Source: a virus
Taxonomy: Duplodnaviria; Caudoviricetes
DNA: 34,278 nt
Reading direction: 5' to 3' (one strand)
IMG/VR virus record: IMGVR_UViG_3300010354_000288
Coordinates: 1-34,278 of that record
Positions within the stretch are counted from its first letter, which is position 1, and every line of letters begins with the position of its first letter. The notes under the pieces are model-generated. The model did not search any database. It was not told the DNA's origin and saw only the letters and a program-made list of their open reading frames with translations. Positions 1 through 8,792 of the stretch are shown here, piece by piece. A program made the position numbers and the translations under genes.

Positions 1-59
1 GCCTCACTCCACGCCTCGGAATGTGACTTCAACTTCGCCAGAAATTCTTTGCTCGACAT
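1..59 (-). CDS. 5' end of a gene truncated by the window edge (MSSKEFLAKLKSHSEAWSE...); by position after the Sak4-like ATPase, possibly an ssDNA-binding protein
   Basis: ATG at 59-57, preceded by a GGAGAG RBS and a sigma70-like promoter; open to position 1. Function is inferred from synteny only. Confidence 0.55.
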   Translation of the reverse strand, partial: MSSKEFLAKLKSHSEAWSE

Positions 60-101
60 AAAAACTCTCCTAATGAAACGGGTGAAAAACAACTAAATAG
101 C

Positions 102-129
102 AATATAGCTATCGACTGTTCTGTGTCAA
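102..129 (-). promoter_or_regulatory. sigma70-like promoter TTGACA-N16-TATATT
   Basis: Consensus -35 at 129-124 and near-consensus -10 at 107-102, in the intergenic gap upstream of the RBS and ATG at 59. Confidence 0.55.
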
Positions 130-134
130 CAGCA

Positions 135-1028
135 TCAACGAATTTTCTTCTTCTTGACAACTTTGTCCTCTGACACATGGTCAACGTCAAACAACTCGTT
201 GTTGAACGAACTGATGATGTTTCCCCATGCTTCCTGCGGGCTATTGCCCATTGGGATTCGACGAACTGGATTTCCATCCGGGTCGAAGAAGTGGGGAGTG
301 CTGAGGTCAACTGAACACTTAGTCCAGATTTCCTTGGTGTTACGAACTGTGATCACTCGCTGGTCGTTGTAATACTGCAAGTAGAACGCATAGTTCGTAC
401 ACTCCTTGATCCACTTGAACGCACCTTTCTGGACAGCAGGCTCAATCCGGTCGTAGGTTGAGTCATCAGCTTCCTTGACTTCCTTGGTTGCGTTGTGGCT
501 GACCAAGACAAGTCCTTTGTCGTTGTACAGAACCTTGTTGAGCATATCGCTGAATTGATCAGCGATGTCTCGCCAAGTCTGACCAAAGTCATTCTGTTCG
601 TTTGGGTCTTTGATTCCCAACTTCCAACAGACATGACGAAAACAGTGTTCGTACAGCAAACCGATGTTGTCGATTGCAATGCACTTCACAGAGTCATCTT
701 GGAGCGCACGCTCGATGGTGGCGCAGGAAATTTGCCACGGTGAATGTTCTGGTCGTTCACGCTTCATCTCGGATAGAGACATATCCTTGATTGCTGATTG
801 ACGAACACGCAGAGACTTGCGATTGGGGTCACATTGAAGGATGTAGCATCCAGGAATCTGGCTGACCACACTGGTCTTACCGATTGCTGATTCGCCGTAC
901 AGCAACACACAGTAATCGAGGAAGTTTTCCGATGGTTCTTGGAATTGACCATCTTCCATGTAATCAACTTCGATCTCTGCGGGTTCTTCCTTCCGAACCT
1001 TGTTCGCTCTAACTTTCGACACTTTCAT
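135..1028 (-). CDS. phage P-loop ATPase, AAA_24/Sak4-like single-strand annealing recombinase
   Basis: Walker A LLYGESAIGKTS, Walker B-like IAIDNI, DFGQTW and LVLVSH motifs typical of AAA_24 proteins. AAGGAG RBS before the ATG at 1028. Adjacent to an exonuclease. Confidence 0.8.
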   Translation of the reverse strand: MKVSKVRANKVRKEEPAEIEVDYMEDGQFQEPSENFLDYCVLLYGESAIGKTSVVSQIPGCYILQCDPNRKSLRVRQSAIKDMSLSEMKRERPEHSPWQISCATIERALQDDSVKCIAIDNIGLLYEHCFRHVCWKLGIKDPNEQNDFGQTWRDIADQFSDMLNKVLYNDKGLVLVSHNATKEVKEADDSTYDRIEPAVQKGAFKWIKECTNYAFYLQYYNDQRVITVRNTKEIWTKCSVDLSTPHFFDPDGNPVRRIPMGNSPQEAWGNIISSFNNELFDVDHVSEDKVVKKKKIR

Positions 1029-1061
1029 TTCAGGCTCCTTTCGATTGAGCAGGGGGAACAA

Positions 1062-1089
1062 ATGATACTGTTTGCGGGTTCAACTGCAA
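1062..1089 (-). promoter_or_regulatory. possible promoter TTGCAG-N16-TATCAT
   Basis: Intergenic position upstream of the ATPase RBS; same spacer length as other promoters in the window. Confidence 0.35.
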
Positions 1090-1119
1090 CACACAAAATG
1101 TAGTGGCTGCTTCTGGTCT

Positions 1120-2304
1120 TTACTCAAGGTATTGGTCTAGTGCTGTCAGGTCAGAATCGAGTTCAGGAAACGCGAATTGACGCTGATGGAACTGGTGATA
1201 GTTGCCATTTGCGATGATTTCAAAGTAGTCACCGCGCTGATGGTGCATCATCCCGTCATAACAACCAAACGGTCTTTCGTAGTGGTGCGGGTTAGGGCCG
1301 AGGGGGTTTCCATCGTCGTCGTGAAGCAGATGAGGGGCGAAAGGATTTTTTTTTACGCTGTCCCACCAAGTAATCATCTGGTAGAGAATCGGATTGAGCA
1401 TCTTGTTCTGGAAGTCATCCAAGTCCTGCTTGGTAATTTCAACCTTCCATCGCATGAAATACCATTCTGGTCGAGACTGGATGTCACCACGAACACGATC
1501 AGCAAACTGACTGGCTGACTCACTGACACGAGGTCGTAAGCCTGTGCGACGAATCACGTTGTACAAGACACCATCAGGCATACGACCGTACTTCTTCCAG
1601 ACGTTGAGCATGTAGAACCCGGTCTGAAGGTCTTTGTTCAGACCACCCTTGATTCCGTCAACGTCGATGTCACCTTTGGTCTTGTTCTCCATCACCCAGA
1701 GATTTGGTGACTTGTGATTGAGACGGAACACACCGTCAATCTTACCTCGGCAACGAACTTCTCTGGAAGAAAGAAGAACCGGTACTTTGTGGGTATTGTC
1801 GAATTGGTCTTCCTTGGCAACCCAGTCGAACTTGCCTTCAAAGTAGTCGGCGCCGCCATGAGACATCGACGGTACACGTTGCCAGTATTTTGTGTATTCA
1901 TCGAATGTAACGAACGATACTGCAACCAGGCGCTGCATATCCGCGATGGTATCAGCATCAGCCACATTGGCTAACCGCTTATCGGCGTACTTCATCCCGA
2001 TGCGAATCATCTCACGTTCACTGAAGTTGTGTACCTGCGCCTCTGCGTAGAGATGAAACAGGTTGCCGAACTCAAGTGGCACAGAGACATTGTTAGATGA
2101 CCAACCTTCGACTTGGCTCAACCGAAATCTCTCACGGCAATTGAGAAACTTGGACATCGAGGAGTAAGTGACCCCATCGCGTTCCATGTCCCAGAGAGGG
2201 TCAGTGTTGCGCTTTTTGGTTAGCTTTGTCTTGCGCAGACTCTTTGTGGATTCTTTGAACCTCCGCAATGAGTTTGTAGTCTTCTTCGTTTGTTTCTTCG
2301 CCAC
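1120..2304 (-). CDS. PD-(D/E)xK family (RecB/Cas4-like) exonuclease
   Basis: N-terminal YSSMSKFLNC...FGNLFH motif, catalytic RGKIDGV...MENKT, Q..FY helix. AAGGAG RBS before a GTG at 2304. Confidence 0.8.
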   Translation of the reverse strand: MAKKQTKKTTNSLRRFKESTKSLRKTKLTKKRNTDPLWDMERDGVTYSSMSKFLNCRERFRLSQVEGWSSNNVSVPLEFGNLFHLYAEAQVHNFSEREMIRIGMKYADKRLANVADADTIADMQRLVAVSFVTFDEYTKYWQRVPSMSHGGADYFEGKFDWVAKEDQFDNTHKVPVLLSSREVRCRGKIDGVFRLNHKSPNLWVMENKTKGDIDVDGIKGGLNKDLQTGFYMLNVWKKYGRMPDGVLYNVIRRTGLRPRVSESASQFADRVRGDIQSRPEWYFMRWKVEITKQDLDDFQNKMLNPILYQMITWWDSVKKNPFAPHLLHDDDGNPLGPNPHHYERPFGCYDGMMHHQRGDYFEIIANGNYHQFHQRQFAFPELDSDLTALDQYLE

Positions 2305-2485
2305 AGTCAACTCCTTTAATGATGACAGCCTGTAAATCAATCTCGCCTAAATGTTTTAGAAGCTCGACAATGTTTGGGACGTAATAATCAGCCATTCCAG
2401 CAGTACCTTGGTCAGTCAAGTACACAACACGGTAACAGCGATTACTTCGGCTCAAGAATCTTTGGTCTGGATTTTCCATTGCCAT
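2201..2485 (-). CDS. hypothetical protein (94 aa) overlapping both neighbours
   Basis: GGAG RBS just upstream of the ATG at 2485; fills the otherwise empty 2305-2441 gap in a co-oriented operon. Confidence 0.5.
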   Translation of the reverse strand: MAMENPDQRFLSRSNRCYRVVYLTDQGTAGMADYYVPNIVELLKHLGEIDLQAVIIKGVDCGEETNEEDYKLIAEVQRIHKESAQDKANQKAQH

Positions 2486-3032
2486 GCTTCTCCAAGAACG
2501 CCAGTAGCTTGTGTTTGTTCCTTCGGTAAACCAAACAATCATGCCCACCGCTACGAAGGATAAACGATGGATGATCTAGCTCCAGATGATAAGTTACGCC
2601 GGTAGGTGGATTTTGTTTCGCTGTTTTACCCAGAGAAATGTACCAAGATGGTTTGACAATCTCGATTAACTCATCCAGACGTTCCCGGCAGTTCTTCATC
2701 TCATCATCGGATGGTGGACGGGACTTACCTCCTTTCTCTTTTGGGTAACAGATAATGGTGTTGGTAATGATGTAATTAACCATACCAACATCCTCGATCA
2801 ATTGATCAAGCAATTGACCGGCAGCACCAACAAAAGGTTTTCCGATTACAGATTCAGATGGGCCGGGTGCTTCGCCAATCAGCATATAGTTGCAGTAGTC
2901 ACCGACAATACGATGATGGGATCGCATCTTGCAAGCAATCTCACACCGTTGACACTTGTTCCACTTGTTCTTGTGGCCGGTGAGATGCCGAGTCCGAGCT
3001 AAGTTGAATGGGTTCATAATACCTTTAACCAT
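2442..3032 (-). CDS. udg: uracil-DNA glycosylase, family 4 (Fe-S type)
   Basis: CxxC (CQRC), IGEAPG, PFVGAAG, TN..IC.P, R.P...E...C and HPS motifs characteristic of family-4 UDG. Confidence 0.9.
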   Translation of the reverse strand: MVKGIMNPFNLARTRHLTGHKNKWNKCQRCEIACKMRSHHRIVGDYCNYMLIGEAPGPSESVIGKPFVGAAGQLLDQLIEDVGMVNYIITNTIICYPKEKGGKSRPPSDDEMKNCRERLDELIEIVKPSWYISLGKTAKQNPPTGVTYHLELDHPSFILRSGGHDCLVYRRNKHKLLAFLEKHGNGKSRPKILEPK

Positions 3033-3442
3033 ACGCCGGGGTTCTCACGGTCTAAGCTATAGGGGCCGAATGATGGAACGATGATGTCACAGTTGTCGTC
3101 AGGAATCCATCCATGCTTGACCATTGCATCTTGAATCGTTTGTGCTGGATTGATGTAGTCAAACTTCCTCTTACTGTCTCGGACAAAGGTGAACTCAATC
3201 TTGAGAGGATAATCCTTGTCCTCAATCATTTTGAAGAAAACATCTCGCAATTGAATGAACTGCTCTTTTGTAGCTTTCTCCCAATTGCGAGTTGTCTTGC
3301 TTGAAACCAAGAACTTACCCGTCCATTGTTTGCTGTTCTTGCTGCTTGGCACGTTTCCGCGCAAGAAGATACTTGTTGTCTCCCTTGAGCCAAGGGTTGT
3401 AATACTTGGCTTCGTGTTCCTTCTGTTGCTCATCGATCTCAT
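3014..3442 (-). CDS. rusA: RusA-like Holliday junction resolvase
   Basis: GNVPSSKN, FVRDSKRKFDYIN...IQDAMVKHGWIPDDN pattern matching the RusA D..N...D......DD signature. Start codon uncertain. Confidence 0.7.
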   Translation of the reverse strand: MRSMSNRRNTKPSITTLGSRETTSIFLRGNVPSSKNSKQWTGKFLVSSKTTRNWEKATKEQFIQLRDVFFKMIEDKDYPLKIEFTFVRDSKRKFDYINPAQTIQDAMVKHGWIPDDNCDIIVPSFGPYSLDRENPGVWLKVL

Positions 3443-3851
3443 CCTTGGTCAGCTTCTTTGGAAATGCGTACCGAGGATTGATTGCGTCACCATCATCATC
3501 AAAGCAGAAACACTTGACTTTCGGTGGCCCCTTCTTCCTCAGCAACCTTCCGTAATTGTAATCGTTGCGAAGCAGATGGATCGTTAGCCGGTCAGGATTA
3601 GAGAACTTCTCTTTGTGCTTTTCGATGTGGCCGAACTCAATCAGGATTTGACGGGCGATTTCACCGTCAGTCATTTTGCGACTACGAGGTAACTGAGTGC
3701 TGTTCAGGTAGAACAGGTTGTACACGAACTCACTGAAGTTCAATTTGAACTTCTTACCTACGTTCTTTCGCCGGTACTTTGACCATTCCAGTGATGGGGT
3801 CTTCTCGACTTTGAGGGTATTGAGGTTCATCGGGGGTGCTTTTTTGGGCAT
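3315..3851 (-). CDS. hypothetical basic protein, first gene of the leftward operon
   Basis: 178-aa ORF with an AGGAGA RBS, directly downstream of a strong promoter. Confidence 0.65.
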   Translation of the reverse strand: MPKKAPPMNLNTLKVEKTPSLEWSKYRRKNVGKKFKLNFSEFVYNLFYLNSTQLPRSRKMTDGEIARQILIEFGHIEKHKEKFSNPDRLTIHLLRNDYNYGRLLRKKGPPKVKCFCFDDDGDAINPRYAFPKKLTKDEIDEQQKEHEAKYYNPWLKGDNKYLLARKRAKQQEQQTMDG

Positions 3852-3887
3852 GGTATTCTCCTAATGGGACACGTTTACGACTGGATT

Positions 3888-3916
3888 ATGGTAACAATCT
3901 GGGGTTTTTCTGTCAA
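3888..3916 (-). promoter_or_regulatory. strong sigma70-like promoter TTGACA-N17-TACCAT with extended -10 (TGn)
   Basis: Perfect -35 at 3916-3911, 17-nt spacer, TGt-TACCAT; located in a divergent intergenic region. Confidence 0.7.
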
Positions 3917-4047
3917 CTCTTGGGAATTTCTGAACTTTTTCCGCGAATCTGTCCGATGTAGCTTGTGTGTATATCAATCTATAGTTAAGATTGATTCCTG
4001 TAGCGGCGAGTGCCGCATATCGAGTTCCCTATTCAGGAGTTTTTGTC

Positions 4048-5607
4048 ATGGCCTATCGCATCAAGTCGAAGAACACTCTGCCACACATCGTTGTCGAAGC
4101 ACGCGCAGGTACTGGTAAGACCAGCACCATGATCGCTGGGCTCAACCTGATGTTTGGCAACGAACCAAAGTTTCCTCCAACTGAAGAACAGAAAGCAATC
4201 TGGGAAGCAATGTCTTCTGGAGGAAAGCCAAGCAGCATCATCTTCGTTGCGTTCAACAAGTCGATTCAAATTGAACTGCAAGAGAAGGTTCCTCAAGGCG
4301 TTGATGCCAAGACTCTGCATGGTCTTGGCTACAGCATCTTGGCTAAGAATGGATACAAGATTCAAGCAACAGCAGAAGCAACCCGGTACATCGTGCGTGA
4401 CCTTCTTGGATATGAGAAGGGCGCCCACATGAGCAAGGAAGACTATCGCGACTCGATGGTCGTTGAGAAGATTGTTGGCATCTGCAAGAACAACCTGATT
4501 GGTTGGACTGACGAAGAACTGGAAGTTGTGATCGCTGAGAATGACGTTGATGTCAACGGCAACAAGGCGCAAGTCTTCAACTTGGTCAAGCAAGTTATGG
4601 ATAAGACATCCAAGTTGGTTCGCGGCAAGACAAATTGGATCAGCTTCGATGACATGATTTGGCTTCCAAACGTCATGGAATTGAAGCAAGACAAGTTTGA
4701 TTTGATGATTGTTGACGAGTGCCAAGACCTCAATGCTGCACAGCAACAGATGGTTCTCAAGTTGGCTAACCGTCTGATTCTCATTGGCGATAGCTTTCAG
4801 AGCATCTACGGCTTTCGTGGTGCTGATGTTCGCTCCATGGAACGCATGACTGAATATCTCGCCAACACCAAAGTTGGTGTGCAGACCTTGAGTCTGACTA
4901 CCACATGGCGATGCCCAAAGTTGCATGTTCAGAATGTCAACAAGTACGTTGCTGACATCAAGGCTGCTGACAACGCAGTTGAAGGTAGCATCGAGAGTTC
5001 AAGCAAAGGTGACCTCATCAAGAACGCAAAGTCTGGTGACATGGTTATCAGCCGTATCAATGCCAACTTGTGTGAAGTGGCGTTCAAGTTGATTCGTCGT
5101 GGAACGCCATGCCGGATTCTTGGCCGCGACTATGGCGCTAACCTCATTAGCCTCATCAAGAAACTTGATACTGACAACAACATCGAGTCTCTGGTTAAAG
5201 CACTTGCAGATTGGCGAGCCGATGAGGAAGCCCGTATCAACAAAGCCTACACCTTCCCCGAGAAGCAATTGAATCTTCTGGCAGAGAAGTATCAATCTTT
5301 GCTGCACCTCGCTGGAGGGCTCAAGCAAGTCAATCAATTGATTGACCGTATCGACAGCCTGTTCAGCAGCAAACTGACTGCAAGCCAGTCTGTAACGCTC
5401 TCAACAGTACATAAAGCCAAGGGTCTTGAATCAGAAGTTGTGTACATCCTCAATCGCGAAAAGATGCCACACCCAATGGCTAAGAAGGAATGGGAGCGAC
5501 AACAAGAAACAAATCTGATCTACGTTGCTGAGACACGCAGCAAGGATCGTTTGGTGTATGTCAGCGATGACATGGATGATGAACCAGAATCTGGTTTTGC
5601 CAATTAG
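4048..5607 (+). CDS. superfamily 1 UvrD/Rep-like DNA helicase
   Basis: ARAGTGKT Walker A, VAFNK, IVDECQD, IGDSFQSIYGFRGA, TTWRCP, STVHKAKGLE and YVAETRS motifs. AGGAG RBS before the ATG at 4048. Confidence 0.92.
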   Translation: MAYRIKSKNTLPHIVVEARAGTGKTSTMIAGLNLMFGNEPKFPPTEEQKAIWEAMSSGGKPSSIIFVAFNKSIQIELQEKVPQGVDAKTLHGLGYSILAKNGYKIQATAEATRYIVRDLLGYEKGAHMSKEDYRDSMVVEKIVGICKNNLIGWTDEELEVVIAENDVDVNGNKAQVFNLVKQVMDKTSKLVRGKTNWISFDDMIWLPNVMELKQDKFDLMIVDECQDLNAAQQQMVLKLANRLILIGDSFQSIYGFRGADVRSMERMTEYLANTKVGVQTLSLTTTWRCPKLHVQNVNKYVADIKAADNAVEGSIESSSKGDLIKNAKSGDMVISRINANLCEVAFKLIRRGTPCRILGRDYGANLISLIKKLDTDNNIESLVKALADWRADEEARINKAYTFPEKQLNLLAEKYQSLLHLAGGLKQVNQLIDRIDSLFSSKLTASQSVTLSTVHKAKGLESEVVYILNREKMPHPMAKKEWERQQETNLIYVAETRSKDRLVYVSDDMDDEPESGFAN

Positions 5608-5652
5608 TGACGATTGACAGAACTTTTACCGACAGTCACAGGAGAATGTATT

Positions 5653-5874
5653 ATGTGCGATGAACAAAACAAAGTCCTTCAAGAAGTAGCCCAAGAGTAC
5701 CGGGTTGATTTTCTGGAGAAGAACAGCGACCGATGGAAGTCTGGTACTCTGACGTTTGATTCGCGGGAAGAAGCAACCCAACATGCAATTGATGTGGTCA
5801 ATGCTGAGTTGACTATGTTTGTTGAATATCAGGTTGTTCTGGCAACGGAGCCTGTTGATCAACTCGTCTTTTGA
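5653..5874 (+). CDS. small acidic hypothetical protein
   Basis: AGGAGA RBS before the ATG at 5653; follows the helicase on the same strand. Confidence 0.55.
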   Translation: MCDEQNKVLQEVAQEYRVDFLEKNSDRWKSGTLTFDSREEATQHAIDVVNAELTMFVEYQVVLATEPVDQLVF

Positions 5875-6064
5875 AGCAACAGTTTGAGCAGAGCATAATC
5901 CGTTGATTTTCTTCGTAGGGAATCACGGTAGCTTCAACAAACTTCTCACAATTGAAAACTGTAACGGCAGGCTGGAAACCACAACATCCAGCCTGCCTTC
6001 TTTTTGGCTCTCCACGAAAATCGCATGGAGCGCGTTCAAGAACAGTCAGTTCAATCATGTTCAT
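5813..6064 (-). CDS. small Cys-rich hypothetical protein, last gene of the glycosyltransferase operon
   Basis: ATGA overlap with the upstream GT stop; Cys pattern C..RG...GCCG...C...CSNCC. Confidence 0.6.
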   Translation of the reverse strand: MNMIELTVLERAPCDFRGEPKRRQAGCCGFQPAVTVFNCEKFVEATVIPYEENQRIMLCSNCCFKRRVDQQAPLPEQPDIQQT

Positions 6065-6789
6065 AGGTTGGACGCTTTCAGAAACTCAATTGCCAGCTTG
6101 ACGTAATTCTGTTGCCATCGAGGTTCAAGAACTACATCACCCGCGACGATTGGTTTATCTCCAATTCTATTCCATTCATTCTTATTAAGAGATAAATGGT
6201 TGTGACTGATATTCCAACGATAAATGTAAAACATCATCCTTGGATTTATTACTTCGCCATTCAATGGATAGCCAAGTCTAACAAGTGTTCTATTGAAAAC
6301 TTGATCTTCATCTCCCATTGCATGTAAGTGCATCGGATAGCCGTTGCCAAACTTACCAAGAACTTTCCTCGACCAGATACTCATGTTATGAGAGTTGCCG
6401 GGAAACTGAGTCATCTTGACAATTCTGTTCACGTTCCAGAAGTAATGATTCTCACATCGCCATTCATCCTTGTCAGCCATCCTCATCGCTGAGAATGACA
6501 ATCGCCAAGGCATTGAGATGTCATCGTCATCCCATCGACAGAAAGCATCACCTTCAGCGTGCGCGATCATGAATCGAAGTTTGTGAGTCAGCGATTCAAA
6601 TCTGTCTGGCACGTTTAGAACTTTTACGCTCGGATGACTGAAGTGTAAGAACTGACCCGGTGTGTCATTGCAGATGATAAGTTCTTTGTCTTCGTAGTTC
6701 TGAATCAGGAATGAATTAACAGCCTCATTTACCAGATGGATTTGTTCTGGATAACGATTGTATGTCGGGAGTAGGCATGTAATTTTCAT
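6061..6789 (-). CDS. glycosyltransferase family 2 (GT-A fold)
   Basis: ITCLLPTYNR, S.L.Q.Y..KELIICND, WDDDD (DxD) and EDQ motifs; ATGA coupling to the upstream gene. Confidence 0.88.
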   Translation of the reverse strand: MKITCLLPTYNRYPEQIHLVNEAVNSFLIQNYEDKELIICNDTPGQFLHFSHPSVKVLNVPDRFESLTHKLRFMIAHAEGDAFCRWDDDDISMPWRLSFSAMRMADKDEWRCENHYFWNVNRIVKMTQFPGNSHNMSIWSRKVLGKFGNGYPMHLHAMGDEDQVFNRTLVRLGYPLNGEVINPRMMFYIYRWNISHNHLSLNKNEWNRIGDKPIVAGDVVLEPRWQQNYVKLAIEFLKASNL

Positions 6790-8786
6790 TGCTTCTGACT
6801 TTCCTCTGCTCTACGAATTGCTTCATCGACAAGAGAACCAAACAGGTCAGAGATTTTAATCTTTCCTGCAAATGAGCAGGTTGCTGACCTGATACCGGCA
6901 AACAAAAGTTCAGTCCATTTGTATTTGGTGGAATTGTCCTTCAAGCCCTGAACAATTCTTGATCTCTCTTGACGGCAACCATCTACGCCGAGGAAGTCCA
7001 TTTCAGCGGCAAGACGATTACAAGAACAGTTCTCTGCTGGCTTGATGCCAAGTTCAGCGTTCATCGCCTTTAACTCTGTACCCGGCCCTTTGCCAATCTT
7101 CCAAGCCATTACATTTTGCTTTGGATGGTCTTCTTCTCGGCAACCAAGAATTGTCAAACCATATTCATTGGATGTGTAGAAGATTGGTTTCCATTGAGGA
7201 TTGTCATCACAGAACGCGCGGAGAACAAAATTCAACCCTTGGCTACCAGTTGAATCAACATCACCGTAGACAAACGTATCGTGAATTACGATGAATCGTT
7301 TGATTCGATTGTGATAATTCGTCAGGTGTTGCTGAAGGGTTGATGACTTTCCATCAGTATCAATAAATAGAGTGTCAAATTCATCTGGCACATTGTGATA
7401 CGGTTCAGCATGATTCTGTACACGATTTAGTGTAAGTGTTACCGGCTTGTTGTAGGTAGTTCGTTCCAAGACGCTATTTAACGAATTGGTAACATCGTCC
7501 AGTTCTGATTGGTATGAAACCAGAAGTGATGGGCCACCAGCCAAGAAAGCAATTGTTGATTCACGACGATGCGTGAACTCGACAACACTATTGCTACGTT
7601 CAGCAACCATCTTTAGTGTTGGGAAGTGTTTATCCAAGTCGCGAGGAACATTTGAATAGTAGTTGTAGAGGTCATGCACTACACAAGTGTTGAGATCGGG
7701 CATGGTAACAATTCTTTGTTCCGATTGCTTTTTCTCAAGCATCTCTTTTGGTGACGCTGTGTTTCTTGCTTTATAACCTACAGGGTCATCAACAATCTTT
7801 TGCCATTCTGTTTCTGGAAGTAGTTTGTTGGAAACAAAATGGTTGTAGATTGAGTCAAGTGGAAGCCCAACTTCATTGAAAGCAAGAACATAGTTTCTGA
7901 CCTTGTTACGACGATCAACTGAATAGTTGATGTCTTCAGGGCCATTGAACTTATGATTCCATTTAAGAAATGGAAGACAGATACATCGCCTGCCAGCATT
8001 TCGGTATTTGGTGTGAATATAACCTTCTTCACCACCAAACCCTCTCATGTGTGGGTTGAACCCCAGCCATGACTCAGTTCGAGCCAGAAACAAACCAAGA
8101 CCCATGGCTGGGATCTCAAACTCATAGCCACGATCAATTGCTGTTTGATACCCAAGTTGTTCAAGAATTGATTGGTGGCCGTAGTACAAAACCTTCTTAC
8201 CAAGGTTGTACTCAGTTATCTCTGGAGAAAGTTTGATGAACTTGCAACGAGCGTCTTCAATTGGGTGCTGAATGACTGAGAAGTATTCACCGTTCTCATG
8301 ATCCCACCATGCAGTTCCCCATTTGCCCCACATCTCAGAATCCCAGATGAGATCAAAATGTGTTGATGCAGTAACAAGATCATCCATCATGATTGGGCCA
8401 CTCATCAAATCATCGCGGTGAACCTCGCCTGTGTTACCTTGCAACTGGCGAACCAACTCTTGTAATGCGCCTGGTACAAGCAGAATGTGCGAATCAATGC
8501 ACATCGTCCACTCTGTCTCTGATTTGTTAAACACCATTTGCCGGGGTTGTGTTGTCCCAAACAATTCTGGAGGACAAACAAAATATCGACATCGGATGTC
8601 ACCAGAATGATTGGCTAAGAATGTTTGTGTCTTCTTGCCGTCAACAGTATCTGGTGCGTTGTCAACAACGAGAATTTCTACCGGCAAATTGTATTTCACA
8701 ATCTCCATCTTCAATGCTTGAACCGTAGCCCACAGCATTTTGAAGTCATTGTGAACCGCCATTCCAACAGTGAGGATGTTTTTCAT
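6786..8786 (-). CDS. multidomain protein: N-terminal GT2 glycosyltransferase, class I SAM methyltransferase-like domain, C-terminal CxC domain
   Basis: LTVGMAVHND, EILVVDN, CIDSH (DxH), GFGGEEGY; then VVEF...STIAFL, LFIDT, FIVIHDT..YG, YGLTIL (Methyltransf_24-like); then GPGTELK...CSCN...MD.LG.DGC. Confidence 0.8.
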   Translation of the reverse strand: MKNILTVGMAVHNDFKMLWATVQALKMEIVKYNLPVEILVVDNAPDTVDGKKTQTFLANHSGDIRCRYFVCPPELFGTTQPRQMVFNKSETEWTMCIDSHILLVPGALQELVRQLQGNTGEVHRDDLMSGPIMMDDLVTASTHFDLIWDSEMWGKWGTAWWDHENGEYFSVIQHPIEDARCKFIKLSPEITEYNLGKKVLYYGHQSILEQLGYQTAIDRGYEFEIPAMGLGLFLARTESWLGFNPHMRGFGGEEGYIHTKYRNAGRRCICLPFLKWNHKFNGPEDINYSVDRRNKVRNYVLAFNEVGLPLDSIYNHFVSNKLLPETEWQKIVDDPVGYKARNTASPKEMLEKKQSEQRIVTMPDLNTCVVHDLYNYYSNVPRDLDKHFPTLKMVAERSNSVVEFTHRRESTIAFLAGGPSLLVSYQSELDDVTNSLNSVLERTTYNKPVTLTLNRVQNHAEPYHNVPDEFDTLFIDTDGKSSTLQQHLTNYHNRIKRFIVIHDTFVYGDVDSTGSQGLNFVLRAFCDDNPQWKPIFYTSNEYGLTILGCREEDHPKQNVMAWKIGKGPGTELKAMNAELGIKPAENCSCNRLAAEMDFLGVDGCRQERSRIVQGLKDNSTKYKWTELLFAGIRSATCSFAGKIKISDLFGSLVDEAIRRAEESQKQ

Positions 8787-8792
8787 CGGGCA

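Noticed and set aside
1120-2304. Cas4-like nuclease as part of a CRISPR-Cas system
   Set aside because: No cas1/cas2 or array; its context with a Sak4-like ATPase is a standard phage recombination module.
4033-4926. 297-aa - strand ORF antisense to the helicase
   Set aside because: Shadow ORF; the helicase motifs on + are unambiguous.
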